Assembly (NCBI RefSeq): GCF_018350175.1
Contig: NC_058368.1
Location: forward strand, 50,779,815-50,843,814
Direction of reading: 5' to 3'
DNA from: Felis catus
Taxonomy: Eukaryota
DNA: 64,000 nucleotides
The translations under genes and the position numbers were made by a program. The notes beneath the pieces are model-generated. The model did no database searches. It was not told where the DNA came from and worked only from the letters and a program-made list of their open reading frames with translations. Numbering within the stretch: the first letter of the stretch is position 1; each line of letters opens with the position of its first letter. Below are positions 38,245-51,800 of this stretch, in pieces.

Positions 38245-38640
38245 GCCCCAATAACTCTGTGTAATAAAACTACCCCCAAAACTCATTGATTTAAACTAAT
38301 ACGTACTTATTCAGCTCATGCATGAATTTACAAGATTAACAGTTTGGATGAGGTTGGACAGAGCGGTTCTTGTGTTCACCGGGTTCCTGCACGTGTTAAG
38401 TGCTCTGCTGACTACTGGCTGGGGCAGCACGGTGATGGAGCCGCGTGTCTTCAAAATGGTGAACTCAGAGAAATAAGCCCTCTTCGAGGTTCTGCTTTGT
38501 CCTATCTGCTAATATCCCATCGGATGAAGCAGGTCACATGGCTCATACAGAGTCAAAGTGAACGGGCACAACAAAACTACATGGCAAAGGGTTTGGATGC
38601 ACGAGGTTGAAGAATTAGGTCCATTAGTGCAATGTCCCAT
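38245..38640 (-). mobile_element. Old MLT1 (J/K-like) LTR
   Basis: 'tgtgtaataaaactacccccaaaactc', 'ctaatatcccat...gcaggtcacatggc', 'acatggcaaagggtttggat'. Confidence 0.7.
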
Positions 38641-38799
38641 AAGCTGTAACTTCAAACCTTCTGAGATTCTCTTTCACCTTTGGCATTCTAAAGCTATGAT
38701 TCCACAAACAAAAAGAGATCTACCGTAAAAAATAGATGATGTACCTATTTAAAAATGGCCCTCAGTACTACCACAGCTCCATCAGGAAAGAAGCATTTA

Positions 38800-38965
38800 T
38801 TATTTGCTACTCAAAAGGGGTTGCTGGACCAGCAGTATCAACACCTTGCAGCACCTTGTTAGAAATTCAGAATCTTGGGCCACACCCAGGCCTGCTGAAC
38901 CATAACGTACGTTTTAACAGGATATCCAGGTGACTTGTATTAACATTAAAGTTGGAAAAAACATT
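38800..38965. mobile_element. MER5A
   Basis: 'gctactcaaa...ggaccagcagtatca...cttgttagaaattcagaatcttgggccacacccagg...ttttaacaggatatccaggtga'. Confidence 0.85.
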
Positions 38966-39045
38966 ATTGGATTTGTGAATCTGCTCTTAAATTTGTTCTC
39001 AATTGTGTTTGCTAGGGAAACAAACTAATATAATTATAAGGATTT

Positions 39046-39249
39046 CTTTTTAAGTTTATTTATTTTGAAAGAGAGAAAGAGAGAAGGAGACAGAGGGAGG
39101 GGTAGAAAGAGGAGAGAGAGAATTCCAAGCAGGCTCCACAGTGTCTGCACAGAGCCCAACACAGGGCTCGATCTCACTAACCCTGAGATCATGACCTGAG
39201 CCAAAATCAAGAGTCAGATGCTTAACTGACTGAGCCACTCAGGTGCCCC
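39046..39249 (-). mobile_element. Can-SINE
   Basis: Antisense copy; TSD aaggattt. Confidence 0.95.
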
Positions 39250-39319
39250 AGAAGGATTTTTAACTGTAAGAATGGGAACCAAAAAAGGGCTTTGACTGTC
39301 TAGTAATAACCTAATTTTT

Positions 39320-40086
39320 AACATAGGCAAAACTTGGCACTTTAGCAAAGAATGTATACAAATAACCTATAAGCACATGCAAAGATGGCCATTACCTTTA
39401 GTTATTAGGGAAAGGCAAGTGAAAACCATACTGAGACCCACCAGCATGGCTGAAATTCAAGAGGCTGGAAAAATTTGCCAGGATGGCACCTGGTGTTCTC
39501 GTAAAACTACCTTGGGAAGTGGCTTAACGGTTTCTTATAAAGGTAAACTTGTACCTACCCTATGACCTGGAAATTCTGCTTTGAGTATATACCCAAAGGA
39601 AATGAAAGTATATATCCACAAAATAACATGTACAAGAATGTTTATAGTCATTTTATTCATAATAGCTAAAACTGGAAATAGCCCAAATATCATTAACAGG
39701 AGCATGGATAAACAAAATATGGTATATTCATGCAATGAAATACTCCTCAGCAATAAAATGGAATGATAAGCAAAACAGAGATGCATCTTGCTGACATTAC
39801 ATTAGCGAAAGAAGCCAACTACAAGAGAACACAGAGTGTATGATCCCATTTATCTGACATTCAAGGACAGGGGAAAATGAATGTATGGTTATAGAAAGCA
39901 GAATGGTGGTCTCCTGCATGGCTGTGGAGGCTGTGCTGTGGATTAATCATAAAAGAATAGGATCTTTCTACAGTAACGATCAGCTTTTGTGTCTTGCTTT
40001 GGCTATTGGTTATGCAGGTATATATATTTGTCAAAATGTATTGAACTTTGCACATTTCATTATTGATAAATCAACCATCAATAAAG
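39320..40086 (+). mobile_element. Old L1 (L1M/ME) 3' region
   Basis: 'SIYPKEMKVYIHKITCTRMFIVILFIIAK' is an L1 ORF2 C-terminal remnant; L1 3'UTR ending caataaag. Confidence 0.88.
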
Positions 40087-40104
40087 AAGTGTGTATCCCT
40101 TCAC

Positions 40105-40230
40105 AGTTTCAAATCATATACAGTATTTGCATATATCATCTCATTTGCAACAACCCATGGGACCAATATGGCGGGTATTATTAGGGACTTTACCGATGAG
40201 AACATTAAAGCTCAGAGAGCTCACTTGCTA
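40105..40230 (-). mobile_element. MIR fragment
   Basis: 'tctcatttgcaacaaccc...tttaccgatgagaacattaaagctcagagag'. Confidence 0.6.
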
Positions 40231-40940
40231 AAGTCTCTTGAGTGCCTGTAGGTCTCTGGCCACTGTCATTTTTTTCTTTTTTATGCTACATTTCCACTTT
40301 CCCCGGTAGCAAATGGGAGCAGGGCCACTGAAATAGAAGGAGTTGATGGATTCCAAAGTGCAGAGAAGAAGTTTTCTGCTGGGATAGCACTTTCTGAATA
40401 TTAAGCATAGTCTTTGCATATCACGTACACTTTTGTCTCTCGCCTGCTGTTATAGAACATGGGCAAGCTTTGCAAAGAGGGAACTGGAGAAGACCCCGGA
40501 GAAAAGAGACTGTTGTTCTAGGGGAGTGGGCCTCCTTGTTTGGCTGGTAGCTGTTCTTTCCTATGGTTCATCAGAACCATGAGGGGAAGATAAACATTTT
40601 GGACCAGTACTGAGAGACTAGAGGAAAACCACAAAGGCCTGCATCACAGCCAACCTGAAAAGAGATAACTGAAGAAAAGCTATTGTTGGAGCCTTGGGTC
40701 AGGCTAGCCAGGGTGTTTGGTGATTTCTATAGCCACGGTGTCAGCAAGAAAACAAAAGCAATAGACAAAAATGTGGCCTGATTGTCAGAGGTCAAGACAA
40801 GGCAGGTCAGCTTTGGACAGGACAGATTCTTTAGGCTCACAGGTGGCCTCAGACACCCGTATCCATTTCTATTCCACTAGCTGAGCATCTAGACCCACAG
40901 CCTTGAAGCTAAGGGAATGGTTTATTTGCTGGTGCTTCTA

Positions 40941-40979
<39 letters not shown>

Positions 40980-41142
40980 CGTATATATACATGTATATAC
41001 GTATATATATATGTATATATATGTATATATATATACGTATATACACACACGTCTATATATATACGTGTATATATATGTGTGTGTGTGTGTATGTATGTAC
41101 ATATATATGTGTGTGTATGTGTGTACATATGTATATACACAC
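40941..41142. repeat. ~200-bp alternating purine-pyrimidine tract (CA/TA/TG)
   Basis: Direct. Confidence 0.95.
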
Positions 41143-41379
41143 TTATATAATTGACTATTTATATATTAAACTGCCCCTTGCAGGAGAGATGCTGATTAAA
41201 CAAGAAGGCATCCTTGAATACTTACCACAATTAGGTTTTTGTAGTAAATCTGTATATTGTTCACTCACAGTGAAATCCACATTGGTGCCAGCTAGAGAAA
41301 ACACATGTATATACAGGGAGAGGAAAGGTGTGAAGAGATGTGTTTCCTGTGATAACTGAAGGGTGGAAATAAATGAGCT

Positions 41380-41572
41380 CAGTGGTTCTCTATCCTGGAT
41401 TCATACCGGTGTCATATCTGGAGCTTTAAATGGAACCCCACCATGCCTGGGTCCCATGTCCCAGAGATTATAATTTAATTGGTCTGAGGAGATGGAAAAG
41501 GGAGAGAAGCGTGACTTACAAAAAGCTCCACAGATGGGTATGATGTGCTGTCCGGAGTTGAGGACTTCTGAG
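41380..41572. mobile_element. MER5-like fragment
   Basis: 'cagtggttctc...atgcctgggtccc...cagagattataatttaattggtctg...aaaagctcc'. Confidence 0.7.
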
Positions 41573-42059
41573 TTAGGCAGAGGAGAGTGGATGGGTCTTC
41601 AAAATGAAGGCCGAGTGCATAGACCAGCTCTCCAGGATGGCTAGGTGCCAACAACTCCTACAGAAAGAAGAAAAGCAATCAAACAGGTTGTCCCACTTTC
41701 AAGTCTGAGGGAGATCAAAGGGAGAGACACCAGAGAACCCAAGGCCAAGAAAGTATCCCAAAGGAAAAAAAAAAAATGGGCCCAGCAAGGGCTGCCATTA
41801 CTTCGGTACTTTGCTCCTAGCACATCTCAGTCTGCTGCCACTTCTTGTGGGAAATATACACCAACACTCAAGCTGGTGGTACGGAATCCCTGAGTTCATT
41901 ATTGCCACACATCCCACTTCATCTTAGAAAATGTAAACAACTCTCCCACTCGGAGTCACCTTGATCCAAGTTATCCACATAAGCCTCGAGTACCATACTA
42001 AAAACATGCACTTCACTGATGCTTCTGTACTGGAAAGTTGCATACTCCTATCCTGCTAG

Positions 42060-42640
42060 AAATCAAAGAAATATAAATTGTAATAAGACATTCTTAGAAT
42101 AAGATTAGAGAAGATTAACTAACATAATACCCAGCACTGGCAACAATAAGAGAAAGAGGCTTTTTCATACTCCGCTGTTAGAAATCTAAATTTGTAAACT
42201 CTCCTGGAGGACAATTTTATTTTTTAATCTTGAGAAAAAACTTAAAAGTTCAGGAAACACTTAATCCAATGTCCCCCTCTGGAAATTTATTCTAAGGAAC
42301 TAATTATGAATACATACAAATACTTACCTATCAGGATGATCGTAACATTAGAACAACCTAAATATTAGTAAAGGATTAAGTAATTAAATCACTAAGTCTA
42401 TTCCATAAAAAAATGTGAAATGATATATAAAAGAGTATTTATAGAATTAATCTATGATTAGACAAATAGTAGGTCATAAAGCAGACTGTACAATAGAATC
42501 TTATTTTTCATAAATATATACACACAGAAAAATGAGTGGGGGTTGACAGCAAACTCTTGGCAGTGACTCTCTGGGTGAAGAAGTACTTTCTCCTTCTCTG
42601 CTATACGTTTCTGTTATATTTTATAACTTGAATTTTATTT
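42060..42640 (+). mobile_element. Highly degraded L1M 3' region
   Basis: 'ataatacccagcactggcaa', 'ctggaaatttattctaagga', 'gaacaacctaaat'. Confidence 0.6.
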
Positions 42641-43739
42641 TGTGTTCCTTATGTAATTAAGACAAATGCATAAGCACAGATAAAGACTGAAAGCCTGTGT
42701 GACAAAATATTAATAGTTGAGATGCAATCTTTGCTACTCTGTATTTTCAAGATTGATGACAATGAATATGCATTACTTTTATAATGAAAAATGTCCCCAA
42801 GTAATTTTAATTGAACATTTACTAATCTAAGGCATTTCAGATTCTTCAAATAATTCAACTGTTATGGCTATTTCATCTTTGTTGAGCCCCAAATTATCTT
42901 TTTTAATTAACTGCAAGCAAAAATACTATGCATTAACACAAGCCTATTTCAGTTTAAGGGAGGAATAATCCCATCTTCCACTACTGACAGACTGTTTGGG
43001 TTTGGAAAACTGTCCTTGCCATTATGTATGGCTTTACAACCTCAGAGCAGAAGCCGCTTGGACTTTTGTTCCGCTTGGGTATTTCCTTTTTTTTTTTTTT
43101 TTTTTTTCAGATTTCATTCTTAATTTAGAAGCAAAAGGAACTTTGCTAACAACTTTGTTCACTACGCCTTTTTCACTCGTGTTTTTATTTATTTTTTCCC
43201 ACATCGAACTGCCCTAGGTCTTGATAACCCAGCCCCTATTAGGATCAAGCAATATTCTAACTGTTTTCTGTCTGTACATCTTCAGGTACCATTTAGTGCA
43301 AGAAATCACATCAAGACATTCCCCTTCAAATTTCACATTCAGAAAAAGAAAAAAAATATTTCAAGATTTCCAAACCTATCACCTTGAGGTGCCAAAGGCA
43401 TGTCTACTGAGAAAATTTTCATCAGCTATAGTCTGAGAATATTGCTTACGTAGAAAGTTAACACTCCCTCCTCACTTCCTTCTGTGGAAGAACAAGATAT
43501 AATTTCCTGCACCAGTTACCTGAGATGTCTGCCTCTAAACTGGAAACATGTCTGCAGCCCTCAGACTCACATGCTGGTATAAGACGTGGCATTGCAATAT
43601 TGGAACTTTCTTATTCCTAAGAAAGAATCTGCTGCCAGTCATTTATCTGTTATGGTGGCCTTATTTTTGTTTTCACTCCACCTCAAATACTGTGCAAATT
43701 CTTTGTATGAAGGTTTATTCTCTGTAAAGAATTCCATGA

Positions 43740-43900
43740 AAATTCATCCACCCATCCATCCATCCATCCATCCACCCATCCATCAATTTACATTTTTATT
43801 CACTTGCCCTGCAGGTATGATCGAACACTTCTGTATGTCTGGTACTGAGAACACAACGGGGAATAAGTTTTAGTGTCTGCTCTCAGGGAGCCTGCAGAGA
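43740..43900 (-). mobile_element. L2 3' end with (CATC)n
   Basis: (catc)n then 'ctgtatgtctggtactgagaac...gtctgctctcagggagcctgca'. Confidence 0.65.
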
Positions 43901-44039
43901 GTGATGTCATCGCCTCTCTGGCCGGCTGTCTTGGGTGGACCCAGGAGTTCTTCCTGAGATACCCTTTTATTCACCTGGATGATGCCTAGGTCCCACTGTA
44001 AAATATTTCTAATTGGGAGCGTGATTTAAATGCAGACTA

Positions 44040-44635
44040 ACATAGGTCCTAGTTTAGACGAAGGGCATCTAAAACTCTGCTAGACACGCCACAATCTTTC
44101 TGGCCTAAAGAATTTGAGGACAGAGTTTGAGATAATCGTAGCCACCGGAAAGTATGTGTGTACGTGTGGTGTTTGGTGGTCGTGGTGCAGAAAGGAAGGG
44201 TGAATCCTGGAAAGGTGAGGGCTAAAACAGGAGAACCCCAAATTTGGTTATAAATTCCACCCAGATTTCTAGCTGGTCTCAGAAGCATGCGTGTACAAGA
44301 CAGTCACACCAAAGATAAAATAACTAAACTGATACAGATTTACTGCCTAATATACAAAGTTTGCAGTTTTAGACCCTTCATTTAACTGCCCGCTGAAACA
44401 ATAAAATCAGTACTGTTCATAGACTACAACAGAATCCAGACACTCTAACACAATGATCAGTAAGTCTAGGATACAATCCTAAATTGCTAGACATATGGAA
44501 AAATAGCAAATTTTCAAGAATTTTCCATTCTCGAGAGAACATGTAATCAACAGATATTGACTCAAGATGACTCAGATGTTAGAATTAGCAAAAAAAGAGT
44601 GGCCATTATAGCTATGTTCAATAATGTAAAGGATG
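44040..44635 (+). mobile_element. Old L1 5' region remnant
   Basis: 'gtctaggatacaatcctaaattgctagacatatgg', 'aagatgactcagatgttagaattagca'. Confidence 0.6.
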
Positions 44636-44719
44636 CTGTAACTTAACACAAACTTGGCTTTCATGGGTATGTTAGGAGAAATAATCACTCTTTTCTCTTA
44701 GTCTATTATCAGATAGTAT

Positions 44720-45175
44720 ATAATATAGCCCACTCTTTTCTGGAAAATATATCTATTTGTGTGGTTTATCATTTCTTTCCCTCACTAAAAGGGATTTCTG
44801 ATCCCAATACTCCAGTCCTCTGGTAACAGGTAGGTCCATGGATGGTCATGTGATCCAGGCTAGGCCAACCTAAGTCTCTGCCTATGATTTTTCATACCGA
44901 GCTTTAGAATAGAGATTCTGAGATGACAGACTTAAAAGCTGTTAACAGCATCTTCCACACAATGGAGAAAAAGTTGCTCTACAGTAGAAGCAGACCAGAT
45001 GAAGCTCCCTCTAGACAAAAGCAGAGCCCACAGCACATGAGAATCTTGACAGTACTTGAATCCTGGTTCCAGTTGTCTCTGAGTCCAGATGTACCCACCA
45101 GTTATATGAGCCAACAACTTTTCTCATTTTTGTTTAATTAAATCAAATTTGGATTCTAATAATCAAAAACTAAAT
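44720..45175 (+). mobile_element. Old ERVL-type LTR (LTR16/33-like)
   Basis: 'ggtcatgtgatccaggctaggccaa', 'ttgaatcctggttccagttg', 'cagttatatgagccaa'. Confidence 0.6.
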
Positions 45176-46896
45176 GTTTTTTTTAAAATACAGACCTAGA
45201 AAGCAGAAGATGGGCAAAGAAAAAATCACAACGTCAGGGTAACTGGGACAAAGGGTAGCTTAAGAGAGATGCCAGAAAGCACAATGAAAAGACTTGGTTA
45301 GCACTTGCAGAAGACCTGTTCTTTCCACTTCCACTGTACTTGAGATAAAACACTGAAGTGGGCAGGGAGCAGCAGTAGGAAGTGAGAAGTGTTCAGGAAG
45401 TTGCCAAGGAGACACTCATTCATTGCTAAAGACTTACCATCATGGAAGGAGTATATAGGTTGCTAAGGATGAGCAAAATAGACAGGGCTTCTCCTCACGG
45501 AGCTTCAGCCTAATGGTGTGTTACTTTTGAGAAGGAACACTATTACTGTGGCACATCTTGAGCCAAGAAAGGTGTCAACTTAACGCCAAAAATCACAAGA
45601 TCCCTATGGCATGTGAAACCAGGCCATATGCTAGGTAAGAAGTTACTGGTACAGCGTCCCAAAAAAAGAGATTTCCAGAAAGATCAGCAAACAGCCATAT
45701 TAACACATTGAATCTCATGACACGTGTTGATAAGGGGGAAGAGATATGCCTCAATGAACAGGAACATAAGGGAGGGAAATTGGGAGGATATTGATGGTGC
45801 TAAAAGGCATGTTTCTCCAGGGATATCAAAGAAACTGTCTCCACTCTTCTCTCTACCATGATAGGAGAAGAGGGGTGGTCTACAGCTGGGCGCACAACAT
45901 CTTTAGGGTCCATCGAAGACATTGATACACTGGTCAGCTCACAGTTATGGAGAGCATGTAATTAGAATTTAGAGGCCTTGAAGGCAGAATTCTGTAATGG
46001 TTTGAAGGATCCTTCCTTTTCCACAAGATAGTTAAAAGCACTGCCTCTCATAGCCAAACTGAATAGTTCTGTGGCTGCGTTTTACAAGTAAATGAAATCT
46101 CACGGCTATCCCATGGTGTCAGCTGTCACCCAAGCCATCACATTCTGCCTGGCAGCCGGGGAAATGAGGTGGGGAACAACACATTCAGGTTTCACCGATG
46201 AACACTAGCTCTCGGGCTCATCAGTCAGCCTTGGTCTACTACAAAGTGTTCCCAGAGGGACTTGCAGCACCGATGTGTTTTCTGAAGGCACAATTCTATA
46301 CGAATGGTGGAGAAAGTATCTTGATTTTATTTATGAGTCAGATGCCTTAAGATCATCCAAATTGCCAGTATTGCTAATAAGCCCTGTCTTCTGTCAAGAT
46401 CATCTACCCAGGCATATCCTCAGCAGTCCTCAGAGTCTACGAACTCTAAGGTAAATTAACCTCAACCAAAAAACACCCCGAAATTATCTATCATCTAATC
46501 TATTTATCTATCATCTGTGTATCTATCATCAATCTATCGAGGGAGAGAGAGAGAGAAAAGGAAAAGCAGCATTGTATTGAAATGAAAGTAGGGTATAGAG
46601 AAAATCAGTAAACTTTGGGGTCATTGCTATGAGCTTCAATACCAACTTCACAGAAGGCACTACAGAAATATGCTCCAGATACATGTAAGCAAGTGTATGG
46701 GTGGCTGAAAAACAGATTTGAGCTACACAGGTCTTACTGCTACACAAACAGGAAGTTATGGTTTATTGATAGGATGAATGTTGTCCAAACATGAAATACC
46801 ATGTTTTGAAAAACTTAATAGTGAAATATGCTTCTTATACAAAGTTAGGTTTAAAAAGCATTCATTTAAAGTAAGTTCATTTAAAATAGCATGCTA

Positions 46897-47056
46897 GGGG
46901 CGCCTGGGTGGCTCAGTTGATTAAGCGTTGGCTCAGATCATGATCTTGAGGCTCGTGGGTTCGAGCCCTGTGTGGGGCTCTGTGCTGACAGCTCAGAGCC
47001 TGAAGCCTGCTTCAGATTCTGTCTCCCTCTCTCTTCCCCTCCCCTGCTCATACTTC

Positions 47057-47090
<34 letters not shown>

Positions 47091-47115
47091 GATAAATGAA
47101 CATTAAAAAAATTTT
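46897..47115 (+). mobile_element. Can-SINE (within probable L1ME 3' remnant ~46760-47390)
   Basis: Perfect TSD aaatagcatgcta. Confidence 0.96.
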
Positions 47116-47797
47116 AAATAGCATGCTAATTTTGAAAGTACACACTCATACACACACATCTACATGTGTATATGCATTTTTTCTGTACTCGACACATATG
47201 TGTAAGTATTATTTATATATCTATGCATGTTTACAGGTTTTAAAGGATTTATGCACCAAAATATTAATTCTGTTTTTTTTTCCTGGCAGATGTAGCACTA
47301 ATTGATTCTTCATTTCTTAACAATCTTCTACATATCTAAAATTCCATGTAATGAACATGTGTTATTTCATAATCAGAAAAATATTACCTTCTTCTACCAT
47401 CCCTTGGCTTCAGCTTGACAAGGAGTTTGAATTTGTAATTAATTGGAGAAAGGGAAATGAAACTTCATGAAACTTTCTGGTTCATGAAACTTGCAAAATG
47501 AATGGAAAATGAATACTTTCCATAACATTTATGAAATGCTGATCTCTCTACTTTAGATCCCCAGTTTGTTAAGTTGGAAGTCCATGAAAATAATTCATCA
47601 CCTATTTCAACTACCTCTTTCCAATGCTCGTTCAGAAATTTTTTGAAATAACTTAAGCTGGCAATATGAAACTCCAAAGGACAGCACACATATGAGAGTA
47701 AGTTAACAGGTTGTTTTCCTTGCAATGGGGAAATTGACATTCATGAACACACAAATAAATTTAAACTGTGACTTTGAGAAATGTCCCTAAAGAGGAG

Positions 47798-48050
47798 AGG
47801 CAGCATAAATGAGGAGTTTAAAAAGTATGGACTCGGGAGCCTGTGGCCCAGGATTGGTCCCATCTGCCATGTACAACTATGTGACTTTGGGCAAGTTACT
47901 TAACCTCTCTGTCCTCAGTTTCCTGATATGTAAAATGGACATTTAAAAAGTATCCATTTCATAAGATTGTTATAAATATCAATTGATTTAATATTTAAAG
48001 AGCTTATAACAGTGTCTGACACATAGTAATCTCTAGTTGAATGTTTAATG
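47798..48050 (+). mobile_element. MIR SINE
   Basis: 'tgtgactttgggcaagttacttaacctctctgtcctcagtttcctgatatgtaaaatgg'. Confidence 0.9.
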
Positions 48051-48059
48051 AATAAATAA

Positions 48060-48800
48060 GGTAGGGTACATGTATTGAGAACCCTTCACAGGGAGACATG
48101 ACCGAGGTTATCAGAGAAGGCTTTCCTGTATAACTGGTGTCTGAATGGCCAAAGCTACCTATGTGAAGGTCATGGAGTGTGGGAGCTGTATAAGATAGTG
48201 GAAAACAGAAAAGTGAGGACAGATAACGAAGGGCTTCTTTGGCCACATTAAATATTTGGGGTTTTATTTTATTAAACTGTTTTATGGGCAGTATGACTTG
48301 ATGAGGTTCTTGTTCAGAGTGGAAAAAGTTACTATAGAGTCTAGAAAACTGGAAGGGTACAACTGAAAATAAGGAAGAGTTTGTTGGGAAGCTATTACAT
48401 AATCTAGGTGAGAGATTGATTGGCTTAAGTAAGGGCAGAGGCAGTAAAGAAGAAAAAGGGCAGGTTTGAAAAGCACTGGGCGGGGGGGGGGGGGATCAGA
48501 TATTGAGGATGAGAGAGAGATAGGTCAAGATTAATGCCTGAGATTTTGAACCACTGAGACAGGGACCTCTGGAGAAAAAGACTACATGTGGCAGGCTGAG
48601 CAAGACTTTGAATCTAAATAAGTTGAGTTTGAGATGACTTTCAATCATTCGAGTAAAAATGTTAAGTAGGTAGTTATATCTGGTCCTCAAGGGGACTGCA
48701 AGATTGGAATAAGATATCAAATGCTGTTGAGAAACCAGTGAAGACTGCCTACAACATGTCCGGATTTAGCAACACGGAGGTCATTCTTGACCTTAGAAAC
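48060..48800 (-). mobile_element. L2 remnant (probably continuing to ~50900 in pieces)
   Basis: 'atctaggtgagagattgat', 'gttgagtttgagatgac', 'ggatttagcaacacggaggtcattcttgacctt'. Confidence 0.75.
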
Positions 48801-51800
48801 AGATTTTTTTTCATTACCTGATGGGACATTCATTTAAACTAAACTGGAAAAATGTTCATTATGGGGTGGGACAGTGTAAAGGGATAAAAACAAGTGTAGA
48901 TGGAAATGGTGGGTAAAAGAAGGATTACTGGCTTTGTTTTAATGGAGAAAATGGTTAAGAAACATCTATTTTAGAGGAAGGTGTTAAATATACAAAACAC
49001 AGTATAATCAATATCGCAAGACTTCTGAGTAGGCAAATAAGTGAGTTAATCTTAAAGGAGGGGAAGACTTCTATTGAAATGAAGAGAGAAGTAGGATAGC
49101 ATGGATCCAGATATCGGCCCCCAGGGTATAATCACCTCGAGCTCATCCTGCCCAATCAGCGTATTAACATAAAGGATCAATGTGATGTTCTATGGGCTAC
49201 CCGAACCATCCAGATTTCTCTATATCCTATTAGGAGAGGAGGAGGAGTTAACATAGCCCAGGTAGGGCAAGCCTATTAAGAAATGTTTTTGTCCATTCCA
49301 TGAAAATATTAACTATTTCTGATCCTCTTTTCTTATCGGACTACAAAAAATGCGTTCTCCAAATTAACGTCCCAAGGTCATGTACCTGAGGCTTCACGTA
49401 TCTCCTCTAACGGCAATGAAACTTGAGGCATCTGCAAACAGGGCAACTGGAGTTTGAGCCAGCAGTGACTGACAGTTCCTCCAAGGATGTATCAGTGCCA
49501 GAGGAGGCCAGGCTAACAAACTAAGAGGAAATAAGGAAATGATAGGAGCCACTGACCCACTAATCTCTGCCACACTCTTACCACACACTTTTCCCGCAGT
49601 GCGTTAACCAGCAAGGGAATTTCCAGCATGGGGGCAACTTCAGAGGTTTCTCTTTGGCCTCCCCCACATATTACTCTTTACCTAAGAGGCAAGGGCCCAG
49701 TGAAAGAATTATTCTGACTATCAAATATGTCCATCACAGTCCTACATTCGGGAAATGACCACTGATGCAATGGACCCATTGGAGACTGGATTTTAGCCAG
49801 AACTCCATTTATTATCTAACCTTCATAATCCATCACCCTAAGAGGGGAGCCACAATGATGCTTTGGAATGCCAGCTCTGCACCAGACAGAGCATGGAACC
49901 AGACAAAGTCTCTGTCTTCAAAGTGTTTATGTTCTTGTTTGGAGAGAACATAAATAAATTTATGTTGTTTAAATAAATTTATTTATTTAAAATGTAACAA
50001 AATTCATTGCAATTAAAAGATTGTGCCTTCAAAAGATTATTTCTCTCAACAGAATGCTAGACATCAAATTATGTGTTTATGGAATCAGTAAGTTATTTAA
50101 AAATGGAGCCAGTGGACAGAGACTGCCACTGTAAAGGAATCACATAGAAAATAGCAGGTAAAAGGAAGATACAAGTGTGTTCATTGGACGAAAGAAATGG
50201 AAACCATGCTTGAAGATGTGAAATCAAGAGAATAATTAATGGAATGAGTCCTGCAAAAGGGACGGGATTGTGAGAGTAGAGTAAACCATAAGCCTTGAGA
50301 AGGAAAAGGGATCTTCTTTCTCGTTTATAAGAATTGAGAATTTAGAATAATTAAGAACAAGATGACAGGCGAAAGTACAAAGAAAATGTAAAGTGGGAAA
50401 TACCTGAGAGAAAGGAGTTGGGCTTTTTTCAGATAGTGTTATTCAGCTTGGTGAAGATAAAAAGAGCTATGGATAGGTTTTTAGGTGTGAAGAGAAGGGC
50501 AAAAAAATATTTGGAGTCACAACTCTGGGGACTATGACTCTGAATCATAGCAGGTGGTTCACAGGGTTTGCTGAGGGCTCATCAAAGGTTATGTGCCATG
50601 AATTTTTAGAGCACCTAAGCAGCGTGACTTTCTCCAGCAATCCAGGAGCAGAGAACATAGAAAATTCAGACTGGAAAGCAAACTGAAGTAAAAATAAATA
50701 AATAAACACATAAAAAATAGATGGAAAATATGATGGAAAGCCAGGGTTTTTTATATACAAAAGTGTTATTGAAATGGATGATGACATGGTCAGATATAGG
50801 CAGAAAATTCAGAATCTGGAAGAGAAGCCATGGTCGGTTCATCATAAAATGTCAAGCTGATGCAGAACAAAGCAGCTGAAAAGATAGGAAATAGGACAAT
50901 TGTAGACATGAAGGAATTGCAGAATCTAGGATACAGGGTCACAGAAGTTCCTGGAAATACTATAGTCAGGATGAGGCATTCGGCCTTAAAGTATTGTGTA
51001 CGGTAAGGGTTTCAAAAATACTTTTCAAATTTCAATGCACCATTTATTACAGATCTGTACGTGAAACCCTAAGGTGCTAATTAAAGCCTTTATAAACATT
51101 TGCACATGGTGATTTCACAATTCTTTGAGGAGATATGAAGAAGCACTTCATCTTTGGAACACAGTCTATTTTTGCAAGTAGTTGTTATCAGTGTGAAGTT
51201 ATAAAAAGGAAACTTCAGATGCCTTCTCTGTGCTGTTGGCAACAGTCTCTTTTTGGCCAGAAAAGGAGGATTATGTGATTGGATTATAGACTAGAAAATT
51301 CCTAAATGTGCCTCATGCTATATTTATGATGATTGAATTAAATTCCATTACCCCCAGGGTTTGGTGATCAACTTGGAGAACAAACAAAAGCTAAAGAAAC
51401 AGAAAAGAACATTTTCTCCTAATGTTCTGCTTCTTAGTAGAGAAAATGAATTTTTAAGAGCTGTATTATTTAGACTAGAAGAAATAACTCTGGCAAGGCA
51501 GCAGGTGGTTATCGTTTTGAAACAAACAAAAAATAATAAATGCAAATTCCCACACCTTTAAGTTCAAAAGGAGATTTTGAACTTAGTCCAACTGAGTATC
51601 AGTGTCTCCTGAGTATTGATGTCTACGGGTGAGCTCTGAAATGCTAATACAATAAGTGACTTCATCCCTCTGGACCATATTCAAAGTCCTAAATACAGGA
51701 AAAAAACAGAGTAACTTAACCCCCCTCTGAGCCTATAAGAGACACATTTCTGAAAGCATCATCCAAGGGGGAAACCCCACCCTCGGCCCCCCAAATGCTG

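Noticed and set aside
2989..39238. Recurrent 'MAQSVKHLT...AQVMIS...' short ORFs suggesting a gene family
   Set aside because: All are translations of Can-SINE bodies.
40917..41359. Y/I/T/H/C/V-rich ORFs
   Set aside because: They are translations of the alternating purine-pyrimidine microsatellite.
42328..42357. Minus-strand 30-nt unit with AG|gtaagt donor
   Set aside because: It lies inside a degraded antisense L1 and the acceptor is short; consistent with chance.
49968..49991. Short AT-only inverted repeat tttaaataaat-tt-atttatttaaa
   Set aside because: Low complexity and expected in AT-rich DNA.
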